DNA of 24,266 nucleotides from a virus (Duplodnaviria; Caudoviricetes): IMG/VR virus record IMGVR_UViG_3300020414_000012, positions 1 through 24,266 of that record, one strand, 5' to 3'. Positions 1-8,408 of this stretch are shown in pieces (the first letter of the stretch is position 1; each line of letters opens with the position of its first letter). The notes beneath the pieces are model-generated. The model ran no database searches and was not told the DNA's origin. It was given only the letters and a program-made list of their open reading frames with translations. A program made the position numbers and the translations under genes.

Positions 1-934
1 TCTGTGCTGATTTTTTTATATCAGTTATATCTACTCTTGCACCACCAGATACAACTCTTAATTTATCATCTAATGCTTGATATGCACCTTTTGCAGCTAT
101 CTTCCATTCATCAACATTTCCAGTAATTGCTCTTTGTAATAAATCACCATAATCACTTCTTGTTATATCTCCATAGTTAGCAATATAATCATCTAAAAAT
201 TTATTAGTTAATGTTTCAGCACCTTTTCTAGCTTTTATTAATTTACCACCACCAAATAAAGATTTTTCAGTTACGTTTTCTGCAATATCTATAAATCTAT
301 TTTCTGTTTGTAGTCCAGGTGTCAACTGACCTTCTTTTAAAGCAGTTGCTAATTCATCATCTAATTTGGAAACTTTACTTAATTCTTCTTTTTGAGATTT
401 AATTATTTGTTCAGCTTCATCAGCTTCTTTTGTAGTTTTTATTCCTCTTAATTTAACTTTACTTATTATTGCAGGAACAGCTGCACCTACAGCCTCAAAT
501 GTTGAACCTTGTGCAAATGCTCTTAATACATCTTTTGCTAATTCTTCTTTAGGATCAAATGTAGTTGATGCAATACCTGCACCTGTTGCTTGTCCAAAAC
601 CTGCACCTAATGATCTATATAAAGTTTGTAATGCTGGTCTTAGAACTAATCTTGCAGCAGCTAAAGTACCACCTGTCATAGCACCACCAACAGCAAAACC
701 TACCTCTGTTGCTAGTCTGGCAAACTCTTTTGATTTTAAATAATTTTCGATAGCTTCGGTTCTTTCGTTACCTTCTGCTATATCTATATCATCAACAATA
801 CCTGGTAGAGATCGTCTTTCTGATTTTTCTTTTTTAGTTTTTATTAAAGAGCCAATTCTTTGTATTTCTTGTTTAGTAGGAGTATCACCTGCTATTCTTA
901 CTTGACCTAAATTTCTAACTGTAATGACTCCCAT
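1..934 (-). CDS. Large internal virion / DNA ejection protein, truncated at window edge (not in ORF track)
   Basis: ATG at 934-932 directly after the TAA of 935..1765, with GGAGG RBS. Open frame to the window edge: MGVITVRNLGQVRIAGDTPTKQEIQRIG...GFAVGGAMTGGTLAAARL...GAGFGQATGAGIA.... Helical with Gly/Ala hydrophobic segments. Function inferred from position. Confidence 0.7.
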   Translation of the reverse strand, partial: MGVITVRNLGQVRIAGDTPTKQEIQRIGSLIKTKKEKSERRSLPGIVDDIDIAEGNERTEAIENYLKSKEFARLATEVGFAVGGAMTGGTLAAARLVLRPALQTLYRSLGAGFGQATGAGIASTTFDPKEELAKDVLRAFAQGSTFEAVGAAVPAIISKVKLRGIKTTKEADEAEQIIKSQKEELSKVSKLDDELATALKEGQLTPGLQTENRFIDIAENVTEKSLFGGGKLIKARKGAETLTNKFLDDYIANYGDITRSDYGDLLQRAITGNVDEWKIAAKGAYQALDDKLRVVSGGARVDITDIKKSAQ

Positions 935-1765
935 TTATCCTCCAGTTACATCATAGATTCCATCAGCACCTATTTTTCCAGTATATTCATCTTCTTTTTC
1001 TCTAGGTTCTTTTTGTAGAACTTGTGATTCTTTTGTAATAACACCACCTTCAATTCTTGTATCTAATTCTTGTAAATACTCTCTTAAACTTTTAGCTTTT
1101 GCTTTAAATGTTGTTTCACTATCAGTAACTTGAGGTAAAATTTGTCTTACGTTGTCTTCTTCAGCTGCAGATACTTGAGCTCCTCTAAGTGCTTTAATTA
1201 CATTTAATTCTAACTGTTTTGTATCAGCTCTAAATTTTGCTTGTGTTGGACTGAAAGGAGTAGATAATCCTTTAAATCTTGCTTCAAAAAAACCTGTTCC
1301 TACTTTATCAACATCTTTAACTATTTTATCAATACTTGATAAAACTGTTTTTCTAGTTGCAGCTTTTGCTTTTTCTCCTGCAGGGATAGATTTTAAAACT
1401 TTTCTGTTTCCTTTTGCATCTATTTGAACAACATCTGTTAAATCAAAACCTTCTTGTTTTTTTTCAGCATCAGTAAGTAATCTTGTTCCAACTTCTGTAG
1501 TTTGAGGTGGTGTTAATAAAGATTTAACAACTTCACCTGGTGCAATTTTAATTAAGTTTTTTTGCATAGTTGTTAATTCAGGCATTTCAGATAAAAGTTT
1601 TAATGCTTGTTGTTGCTCTAATTGTCTGCCAAGTTGCATGGCTTGACCACCAGTTCCTAAAATAGCTTGAGCTGGTGCTTGTCCTGATAAACCACCTAAT
1701 AGTCCACCAAAACCTAATTGTGCTATTGGATTGTAAGCTAAATTTCTAAATCTGTTTATACTCAT
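935..1765 (-). CDS. Putative internal virion (ejection) protein
   Basis: 276 aa. N-terminal Gly/Leu hydrophobic stretch (LGFGGLLGGLSG), Gln/Lys-rich helical remainder. TAATG coupling to the upstream gene; lies in the ejection-protein block. Confidence 0.55.
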   Translation of the reverse strand: MSINRFRNLAYNPIAQLGFGGLLGGLSGQAPAQAILGTGGQAMQLGRQLEQQQALKLLSEMPELTTMQKNLIKIAPGEVVKSLLTPPQTTEVGTRLLTDAEKKQEGFDLTDVVQIDAKGNRKVLKSIPAGEKAKAATRKTVLSSIDKIVKDVDKVGTGFFEARFKGLSTPFSPTQAKFRADTKQLELNVIKALRGAQVSAAEEDNVRQILPQVTDSETTFKAKAKSLREYLQELDTRIEGGVITKESQVLQKEPREKEDEYTGKIGADGIYDVTGG

Positions 1766-2562
1766 TATATTAATCCTCTTTGTTTTAAATAGTCTATATT
1801 AAAAGGGTTGTCTGCTGTATTTGTGCTACTTAATAAGCCATAGGGCTGTGCTGAGTAGCCAAATTGTTGACTTGGGGGTATTATACCCAATATACTATCT
1901 ATCTTAGTTTTAGCATTATTATAGTCTGTTTGCAAATCAGAACTTAACCCTAAACCTGATGTGTTAAGATTATCAAAATATTTATTAACCATAGATTCTT
2001 GAGGAGTTGTTCCTGTTATATTATAAGGTAATTGACTTACAATATTATTAATAACACCTCTTGTTTCTGAATCATTAATTTGTGTGTTATCTGAAATACT
2101 ATAGTCATTTAAAAATTCATATCCTGGAGTATCAAGCAACATATTTTTAGCTTGTTCAGTTTGATATAATGTTCTTAAAGCACCAATTACTCCAATATTT
2201 AATGGATTTGATTTTATATTAGCTATGTAATTATCAAAAAAACTTGTAACACTATCTCTATCTCTTGGATCAACATCTACCTCTGGATCAGGATCACCAT
2301 AAACAGGATCTGCTTGTCTAATAGCTTGTTTTCTTAATGCTTCTTGAAAACCTGGATCTACTTTATTATCTACACCACCACCTCCTCCATATTCTTGCTG
2401 TCTACTAGAAACATTTTTAGATGAATCATAAGATCCACCACCATATTGAGATTGTGCGTCTGTTCTTCCACCAGAATAAGCAATATTAGAAGTCATAGCA
2501 GCTTTTGCTGCTGCTTGTTGATTTCCTCCTCCGCCTGAATCTGAACCTGAACCTGAACTCAT
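1765..2562 (-). CDS. Putative internal virion protein, Gly/Ser-rich N-terminus
   Basis: 265 aa starting MSSGSGSDSGGGGNQQ; AAGGA RBS; low-complexity N-terminus; function from position only. Confidence 0.5.
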   Translation of the reverse strand: MSSGSGSDSGGGGNQQAAAKAAMTSNIAYSGGRTDAQSQYGGGSYDSSKNVSSRQQEYGGGGGVDNKVDPGFQEALRKQAIRQADPVYGDPDPEVDVDPRDRDSVTSFFDNYIANIKSNPLNIGVIGALRTLYQTEQAKNMLLDTPGYEFLNDYSISDNTQINDSETRGVINNIVSQLPYNITGTTPQESMVNKYFDNLNTSGLGLSSDLQTDYNNAKTKIDSILGIIPPSQQFGYSAQPYGLLSSTNTADNPFNIDYLKQRGLI

Positions 2563-2571
2563 TTAATGTCC

Positions 2572-2682
2572 TTATAAAATTATAGAAATTATAACTAAAA
2601 TATATAAAGCAACAATATGTTTAGTAGGTTTTGCTTTTACTTTAGTTTCAAGATCATAATAAATTTTTTTTAATTTATCCAT
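2572..2682 (-). CDS. 36-aa small membrane protein (not in ORF track)
   Basis: MDKLKKIYYDLETKVKAKPTKHIVALYILVIISIIL*. ATG overlaps the TAA of 2682..3398 (TAATG) and the ORF fills the gap. Basic N-terminus, hydrophobic C-terminus. Confidence 0.7.
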   Translation of the reverse strand: MDKLKKIYYDLETKVKAKPTKHIVALYILVIISIIL

Positions 2683-3398
2683 TATAATAGTCCTCCTAAT
2701 AATCCTAAACCTGCACCTGCTAATGCTCCATAACCACCTAAAAAAGTAGATGGTAATTGTGATCCCACTAAAGCACCACTTAATGCAGTTGAAACAGGAT
2801 TTGCTTGTATTTGTTGTGATCCCATTGTTGTAGGCAATCCAGCAGCAATTGGTGATACAAAACCTGAATATTGTTGTAATGCTTGTAGTGGAGCTAATTG
2901 TTGTTGTCTTTGAATATTTTCTAATTGTTGTCCAGTTTGAAATACTGAAGGTAATTGTGTTGCTAAACCTAATTGTCTACCTCTTTCTATTCCATATTCT
3001 TGAAATGCTAAAGGTAATGCAGCTTGTGCAACTTGACTTAATGCAGTTTGTTGAGCAAGAGGTGATGACGGAGTTCTTCCTGCACCACTAAATTGTGATT
3101 GAACTCCTGTTGCAATATCTTGTCCTGTTTTTTGAATTAATGGTGAAAGAAAAGGATTTAAATAATTACCACTAAGTGTTGCAGCCATTTGTTGTTGAGC
3201 TGCTGTACCTAATGCTTCTTGTGCTGCAAGTCCTGTTAAAGTTTGTTCTGATGGTGGAACATACCCTGTTGCACCTACACCTTGACCATATAAATTTGTA
3301 GCTTCTGAAAGTATTTGTCCTAAAGCTGGTTCTGCTGGTGCATAAGGTGTTTTTTGTGATGTAGAAGTGCCTCCACTTGATCCTCCGCCAAAACTCAT
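2682..3398 (-). CDS. Putative DNA ejection/pilot protein
   Basis: 238 aa, MSFGGGSSGG start, Gln/Ala/Gly-rich, C-terminal glycine zipper GALAGAGLGLLGGLL. AGGAG RBS, ATGA-type overlap region with the upstream gene. Typical first gene of a podovirus ejection block. Confidence 0.6.
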   Translation of the reverse strand: MSFGGGSSGGTSTSQKTPYAPAEPALGQILSEATNLYGQGVGATGYVPPSEQTLTGLAAQEALGTAAQQQMAATLSGNYLNPFLSPLIQKTGQDIATGVQSQFSGAGRTPSSPLAQQTALSQVAQAALPLAFQEYGIERGRQLGLATQLPSVFQTGQQLENIQRQQQLAPLQALQQYSGFVSPIAAGLPTTMGSQQIQANPVSTALSGALVGSQLPSTFLGGYGALAGAGLGLLGGLL

Positions 3399-3838
3399 AT
3401 TTTATTCTCCTGTTTAATTTTTTTTTCTAAAACTACATGGGTTCTTTTGTAGTCAAAGATGTTTAAAACTTTTTGCCAACCTGGTCTAGCAATAAGTTCC
3501 ATCATATCGCAACCTTCTTCTTTAGCAAAATTTTCTATCTTACTAATTAAGTGTTGCCACTTATTTCTTTGTCTGCCAGTCATTATATAAATATGGCAAA
3601 CTTTACCAAATTTTCTTTTAATCAACTCAGTTACTACAACACCAAAGTATTTATTTGTTGTAAGTTTTTGTTTGCGATCCCACAATACCCAAAGTTGAAA
3701 TTTACCTTGTTTGGTAACATCATAAACAAAATCTGAATCGGTAAGTTGACTTGAATAAGCTAAAGCAGACTTAATATCTTTTTCTACCATACCCCAAACT
3801 TTATCAAGTTCTTCAATTGGTATTCGTACTAATTCCAT
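3395..3838 (-). CDS. GNAT-fold-like virion assembly protein
   Basis: 147 aa with the pattern QLW...GVVVTE...CHIYIMTG...W...IENFAKEEGC..MELIARPGWQKVL, as seen in acetyltransferase-like genes preceding ejection proteins (position analogous to P22 gp14/T7 gp13). Confidence 0.55.
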   Translation of the reverse strand: MELVRIPIEELDKVWGMVEKDIKSALAYSSQLTDSDFVYDVTKQGKFQLWVLWDRKQKLTTNKYFGVVVTELIKRKFGKVCHIYIMTGRQRNKWQHLISKIENFAKEEGCDMMELIARPGWQKVLNIFDYKRTHVVLEKKIKQENKI

Positions 3839-3845
3839 AAATACA

Positions 3846-3860
3846 TTAAAAAATGCTTAA
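3846..3860. promoter_or_regulatory. TTAA-N7-TTAA (CtrA-type) site in intergenic gap
   Basis: ttaa-aaaatgc-ttaa in the 35-bp gap 3839..3873; could be chance in AT-rich DNA. Confidence 0.2.
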
Positions 3861-3873
3861 TAACAATATATAA

Positions 3874-4215
3874 TTACGCACTTTTTTCGTCAAATATTTC
3901 TAATACACATACTATTCCTGCTATATCATCAGCAGTTTGTGCTTTCAATTTTAAAGCATCTCCAGATTCTAAAACTATAGTTCCTTTAGCTAAATTATCA
4001 ACAGTTTTTGATGATAGAGATATATGAGCTATTTCATGTTCTGAGTTAGAAGCTGATGAGTCTGTGGTAAATGCTTCTACTTCATTAGCACCAGTATGAA
4101 TATTTGTTACTTGAATAGTTTTAATTAAAGCTGTTCTGTCTGTAGGACAAGTATATACAGTTGTCTTATCTGTCGTTGTCAGATCAAACATTGAATTTTT
4201 ATAAATATTAGCCAT
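3874..4215 (-). CDS. Small beta-rich tail-associated protein
   Basis: 113 aa, MANIYKN...TTVYTCP...ALIKTIQVTN...IVLESGDALK pattern common among small marine phage virion proteins. Confidence 0.55.
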   Translation of the reverse strand: MANIYKNSMFDLTTTDKTTVYTCPTDRTALIKTIQVTNIHTGANEVEAFTTDSSASNSEHEIAHISLSSKTVDNLAKGTIVLESGDALKLKAQTADDIAGIVCVLEIFDEKSA

Positions 4216-4220
4216 AGTTA

Positions 4221-4859
4221 TTATTTTATAAAAGAAGGCAATCCTAACATTGGTCTACCATCAAATTTGTTTTTGTCAGAGTATTTACCATTTAAATGAT
4301 TATAATGCAAAAAGACTTGTCCACATATATTACCTTCAAAAGGTTCTCTCCAATGCTCTAAATCACAACCAGAATACACTAACATATCGCCAACATCAAG
4401 CACCAGTTTATCTCCTTTTGGAGCATCAGGTTTATGTATGTTTTTGTATTCATCTATAACATTATCACTACCAGTTGGATCAATAAATATTGACCATTTA
4501 TCTCCACCTAAATTAAGTGTTGTAGATATTTCACAACTTGGTCTATCTTTATGTCTTTTTAGTATATCGCCTTTTTTATATGCTCTTGCATAAGAATAAG
4601 TTGGTATTAAATCTAGTCCTGTGTGTTCTTTCATTACAGGTAACATTTTTACTAGTAAAGTTTCCATTACAAAGTCTGCATAATGAGAATAAGTATTAGG
4701 TATTTGTTTGTCTTTCCAAGTACCTAATAAACTAGATTCTGCATGAATATTATTTTTATACATAAATTCTACTGCATCTCTTTTTAATAAAAAATAATTT
4801 AAACAAAAATTAGCAAGTTCATAACTAACTGCATTTTTTATAACTTTATATTTAAACAT
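4221..4859 (-). CDS. 2OG-Fe(II) oxygenase-like protein (HxD...H)
   Basis: PTYSYARAYKKGDILKRHKDRPSCEISTTL...GDMLVYSGCDLEHWREPF...QVFLHY; HxD...H facial triad. Confidence 0.8.
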   Translation of the reverse strand: MFKYKVIKNAVSYELANFCLNYFLLKRDAVEFMYKNNIHAESSLLGTWKDKQIPNTYSHYADFVMETLLVKMLPVMKEHTGLDLIPTYSYARAYKKGDILKRHKDRPSCEISTTLNLGGDKWSIFIDPTGSDNVIDEYKNIHKPDAPKGDKLVLDVGDMLVYSGCDLEHWREPFEGNICGQVFLHYNHLNGKYSDKNKFDGRPMLGLPSFIK

Positions 4860-5449
4860 TATACAAACATTCCTTTCTGTAAAAAATTAAACGATACTGA
4901 TATTCTTATGTCATTAGATTCGTTGGGATCAACACAGTGCATTAACCATGATGGAAACATAATACATCTTCCAGTAATAGGTTCATAATGTGTTTCTCTA
5001 AATAATCTTGGAGGCACTTGACCTTCTTTTTGTCTAGGTCTTGACATACAAGCAACTGATCTTGGATCATCTATTTTTAAATGTCCAGAATTTTTAGGTG
5101 CTTTAATATAATATACACCTGACCATAGTGAGTTAGGATGTTGATGAGCTCTATTCATACCACCTGGAGGATTAATGTTTGCCCACATATTACCTAGTAC
5201 AGGTTCACTATCTAAATGTTCTTGTTCATAAATAGTTTTTTGACAAGCATATAACATATCAACTAATTTTTTAAATTGTGGTAAATCAGCCATATTAGTT
5301 GTTGAGTGCCACCCTTGAACATTAGTTCTTGTTATACCTTTATCTTGTTTAGACCAAGCAACAATATCTCTTTCTAATTCTTGATTCAAAGTTGGATGTT
5401 TTATATCTGCAATATAAACAGGTGTTGGAAAATGTAGTTCTCTAATCAT
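4859..5449 (-). CDS. Putative 2OG-Fe(II) oxygenase (TIGR02466 / 2OG-FeII_Oxy_5-like, HxH...H)
   Basis: MWANINPPGGMNRAHQHPNSLWSGVYYIK...IMFPSWLMHCVDPNES..IRISVSFN. Confidence 0.85.
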   Translation of the reverse strand: MIRELHFPTPVYIADIKHPTLNQELERDIVAWSKQDKGITRTNVQGWHSTTNMADLPQFKKLVDMLYACQKTIYEQEHLDSEPVLGNMWANINPPGGMNRAHQHPNSLWSGVYYIKAPKNSGHLKIDDPRSVACMSRPRQKEGQVPPRLFRETHYEPITGRCIMFPSWLMHCVDPNESNDIRISVSFNFLQKGMFV

Positions 5450-6030
5450 TTAAATGGTGTACCTCCAAACCACATTACTAAAGATTTTCTATTACCTCTA
5501 ATAACTGGTTTAACTCTATGTCTTATAAATGATGCAAAAAATACTGCATGACCTTGTTTTATTTTAGCAATTTTACCTTCTGTCATTAATTCTAAATCAC
5601 CACCTTCAAATTCTGATTCTGGAGATAGTAGGCAAGTCATAGATATTTTTCTAACTGGTGGTTCATGCTGACAATTAACATCATTATCTACATGCCATTC
5701 ATAGAATCCTCCTTCTGGATATTCTGTATATTGTGCCATCTCTGTGATAGTCATTCCATCAAAACCAAAATGATTACCATTTGTTTGTTTCATAATTTTT
5801 TCTATGTCTTTATACATATCTGTCATTTTCTTAAATGGAATCCAACTGATATGTGATGTTCTTGTTTTAGTATCTAACACACCACCTTTTATTCCTTGTT
5901 TATTTCCAACATAAGCATCTTGTTTAGGTTCATTTCTTCCAGCTTCTATAATCATTTGACATTGTTTAGGTGTAAATATTGGTGTTGTTGTTTCTACAAT
6001 ATAAGATTTCCATCTAGGTTCTGTTATCAT
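5446..6030 (-). CDS. 2OG-Fe(II) oxygenase, prolyl-4-hydroxylase/PKHD-like
   Basis: QYTEYPEGGFYEWHVD...RKISMTCLLS..EFEGGDLE...VFFASFIRHRVKPVIRGNRKSLVMWF; HxD...H plus RxS 2OG-binding motif. Confidence 0.88.
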   Translation of the reverse strand: MITEPRWKSYIVETTTPIFTPKQCQMIIEAGRNEPKQDAYVGNKQGIKGGVLDTKTRTSHISWIPFKKMTDMYKDIEKIMKQTNGNHFGFDGMTITEMAQYTEYPEGGFYEWHVDNDVNCQHEPPVRKISMTCLLSPESEFEGGDLELMTEGKIAKIKQGHAVFFASFIRHRVKPVIRGNRKSLVMWFGGTPFK

Positions 6031-6677
6031 ACTGCACCTCTGTTTTTTATTGGATCAAATTGCACATCACAGTTTGCAGCAAGTGTTCTTCTAGTTTCAT
6101 TAGTGCCATTAAAAGGATAAACACAATGACGCATATCATAAGGAAATACATAAAAATCTCTAAGATCCATTGGTGGTTGATAATCTATCTTTGCAAACTG
6201 ACCATTACTTGCACCTAATATTTGTAATCTTCCATTCTGTTGTATGTGTTCTGCTGAATATTCTTTACCATAAGTAGATGGTAGTTTTAAAATCATTACA
6301 GATGATAAACCTGTAAACAACATACCTCTATGTATGTGTGCTGGATTATATTCATGTTGTTTCATTTCATTAACCCAAATAGAATTTAAATGTGTATCGT
6401 AATCTCTAATTTTATTAAAAGCTAAATAGTGTTTAAATACAGACATGAAATAATCTGTAACATTTGTAGGTAGCATATTATGATTTTTCATTTTAGATTG
6501 ATCTGCACCATTATAAAATAAAGAATGTTCACTTTCTATTTTACCTACAAGTTGAGTATTAGCAGGTGCTAGATTGTTATAGTTAGATTCATAAATATAA
6601 TTAATAGAATGAAATATATCTAAAGGTACTTGATACTTTAGAATGGATTGACCTAAAAATACAAAATCAAAATTCAT
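6027..6677 (-). CDS. Putative 2OG-Fe(II) oxygenase (HxH...H)
   Basis: SIWVNEMKQHEYNPAHIH...LSSVMILKLP...FYVFPYDMRHCVYPFN..ETRRTLAAN. Confidence 0.8.
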   Translation of the reverse strand: MNFDFVFLGQSILKYQVPLDIFHSINYIYESNYNNLAPANTQLVGKIESEHSLFYNGADQSKMKNHNMLPTNVTDYFMSVFKHYLAFNKIRDYDTHLNSIWVNEMKQHEYNPAHIHRGMLFTGLSSVMILKLPSTYGKEYSAEHIQQNGRLQILGASNGQFAKIDYQPPMDLRDFYVFPYDMRHCVYPFNGTNETRRTLAANCDVQFDPIKNRGAV

Positions 6678-7348
6678 TAAGAATTGTTAGGCAATTCCTC
6701 TTTCTTATCATGTTGTAATTCGCCAGACTTTTTAATTCTTTGTAAAGATTGTAATTGACCCATTACATTAAATACTTCTGATTCAGATGAGTTTGCATTT
6801 AAAGTTTTAGCTTTAGCTGCATATTGTAAACCATAAGATTCTAGTTGATGTTGATTAACATCTTTGTCATTAAATGATCCATCATTAAATTCTTTTTTTA
6901 ATTTAGACCACATTTTAATTTCTCTCATTCTGTGTTTAGCAACTTTTTCCATAGATGCTTTGCCAAATTTAGCTTCGTCTAAATCTATTTGGTATTTAGT
7001 TAATTTATATTCATCTTGTTCAGTATCTATTTTTTTTTCTAACCATTTAATCTTTGCATCATTTCTTCTATAATCAAATGATAAAGTCATAAGGTTGTCC
7101 AAGTAAGATGATTGTTCTCTGACACATTGCCAATACTTAGCAGCTTTTGTAGGATAACGATTGTCTTGCAATACAGAAAATCTAGCTTCTGTTTCTGTTC
7201 TAAACATTTGTTTCTTAGTCCAAGTATCTCTTAATTCTTCAACCATTCCTTTGAAAGAATTTAAATCTTCTTGTTCTAATAAATTGTTTAAATGTGTTTC
7301 TTCTTTTTGTATTAGATCTTTTAAGTCTTTCTTATTTGACATTGACAT
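6677..7348 (-). CDS. Helical/coiled-coil hypothetical protein heading the oxygenase cluster
   Basis: 223 aa, charged and helical, with the motif FRTETEARFSVL...YPTKAAKYWQCVREQ. TAATG overlap with the first oxygenase. Start is either 7348 or 7342. Confidence 0.6.
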   Translation of the reverse strand: MSMSNKKDLKDLIQKEETHLNNLLEQEDLNSFKGMVEELRDTWTKKQMFRTETEARFSVLQDNRYPTKAAKYWQCVREQSSYLDNLMTLSFDYRRNDAKIKWLEKKIDTEQDEYKLTKYQIDLDEAKFGKASMEKVAKHRMREIKMWSKLKKEFNDGSFNDKDVNQHQLESYGLQYAAKAKTLNANSSESEVFNVMGQLQSLQRIKKSGELQHDKKEELPNNS

Positions 7349-7380
7349 ATTGATATACCTTTTAGTTTATTTGTAAAGTA

Positions 7381-8406
7381 TTAAGAAGTTGTAAATGTTC
7401 TAACATCAGTAGAACCTGCACCTGTCCACTCTTCTGTTGCAGTTCTAAGTTCATTCGCTGGGCCTTCTCCTCCAAAAGCTATTGCAGATGTTGAAGTTCC
7501 AGCTCCTGCCATTGCAATATATGCAGGGCCACTTAAATCAGCTTGTTCAGTCCAGCTTGAACCATTCCATAATTCAACATTAACAACTCTCCTATCTGCT
7601 GGAGAATCGTCATATCCTCCAAATATTAATCCTGAAGTATTGTCGGTATATCCAGCTGATCCTCCAAAAGACCTTTCAAAAGCTATATCACCAACTTCAG
7701 TCCAACTAGAACCATTATATAATTCTGTATTTGTAAAATAACTTCCTCCTGGAGCTTGTCCACCACATATTAAGGCAGAAGTTACTATTCCAAATCCTTG
7801 TTGCCCATATCTAGCTGAATTTATGTCAGTTGTTTCAGTCCAAGTTGATCCATTCCATTGTTCTACATTAGTAAAAACTCCAGGACTAGGAAAATCTGCT
7901 CCACCAGAAAATAAAGCAGAAGTATTACTTGCTCCTGCTCCTCCTCCCTGTTGTCTTGCAGTATTCAAATTTGCTACTTCAGTCCAACTACTACCATTCC
8001 AAGAATCAGTTTTTGCTGATTCTGCTGATGGTGTTACTCCGCCAAATGCTAAAGCAGAAGTTTGAGTACCACTTCCTTTTACACCTCTTCTAGCAGTATT
8101 TAAATCTCCAACCTCTGTCCAACTTGTTCCGTCATAAGATTCTGTTAATGCTTGAGCTGCATTAGGAGGAGGGCCAAGATACCCACCAAAGCCTAACGCA
8201 GATGAACTACTTACACCTGCTCCACCCATCATTCTTCTTCCTGTGTTTAAATTACCACCAGTAGCCCATGAACCTACTGTAGTAACAGAAGCACCTTTTA
8301 AAGCACCTGTTGTTGAATTATACCAAACTTGTCCTTCAACAGGATTGCTAGGATCAGATGATCTTGATTCTATATTTGTTCCAATTATTTCTTTGTATGT
8401 TGCCAT
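7381..8406 (-). CDS. Kelch-like six-bladed beta-propeller protein (putative fibre-tip/receptor-binding protein)
   Basis: Six repeats W(T)ExxDLNTAR...GAG...ALxFGG-loop-TExWNGSSW. Start re-assigned to 8406 (MATYKEIIG, 341 aa) because it matches the paralog N-termini and follows the upstream stop as TAATTATG. Confidence 0.75.
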   Translation of the reverse strand: MATYKEIIGTNIESRSSDPSNPVEGQVWYNSTTGALKGASVTTVGSWATGGNLNTGRRMMGGAGVSSSSALGFGGYLGPPPNAAQALTESYDGTSWTEVGDLNTARRGVKGSGTQTSALAFGGVTPSAESAKTDSWNGSSWTEVANLNTARQQGGGAGASNTSALFSGGADFPSPGVFTNVEQWNGSTWTETTDINSARYGQQGFGIVTSALICGGQAPGGSYFTNTELYNGSSWTEVGDIAFERSFGGSAGYTDNTSGLIFGGYDDSPADRRVVNVELWNGSSWTEQADLSGPAYIAMAGAGTSTSAIAFGGEGPANELRTATEEWTGAGSTDVRTFTTS

Positions 8407-8408
8407 AA

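Noticed and set aside
7349-7380. Sigma70 promoter ahead of the oxygenase cluster (TTTACA on the minus strand)
   Set aside because: No good -10 hexamer at 16-18 bp spacing; left unreported as a feature.
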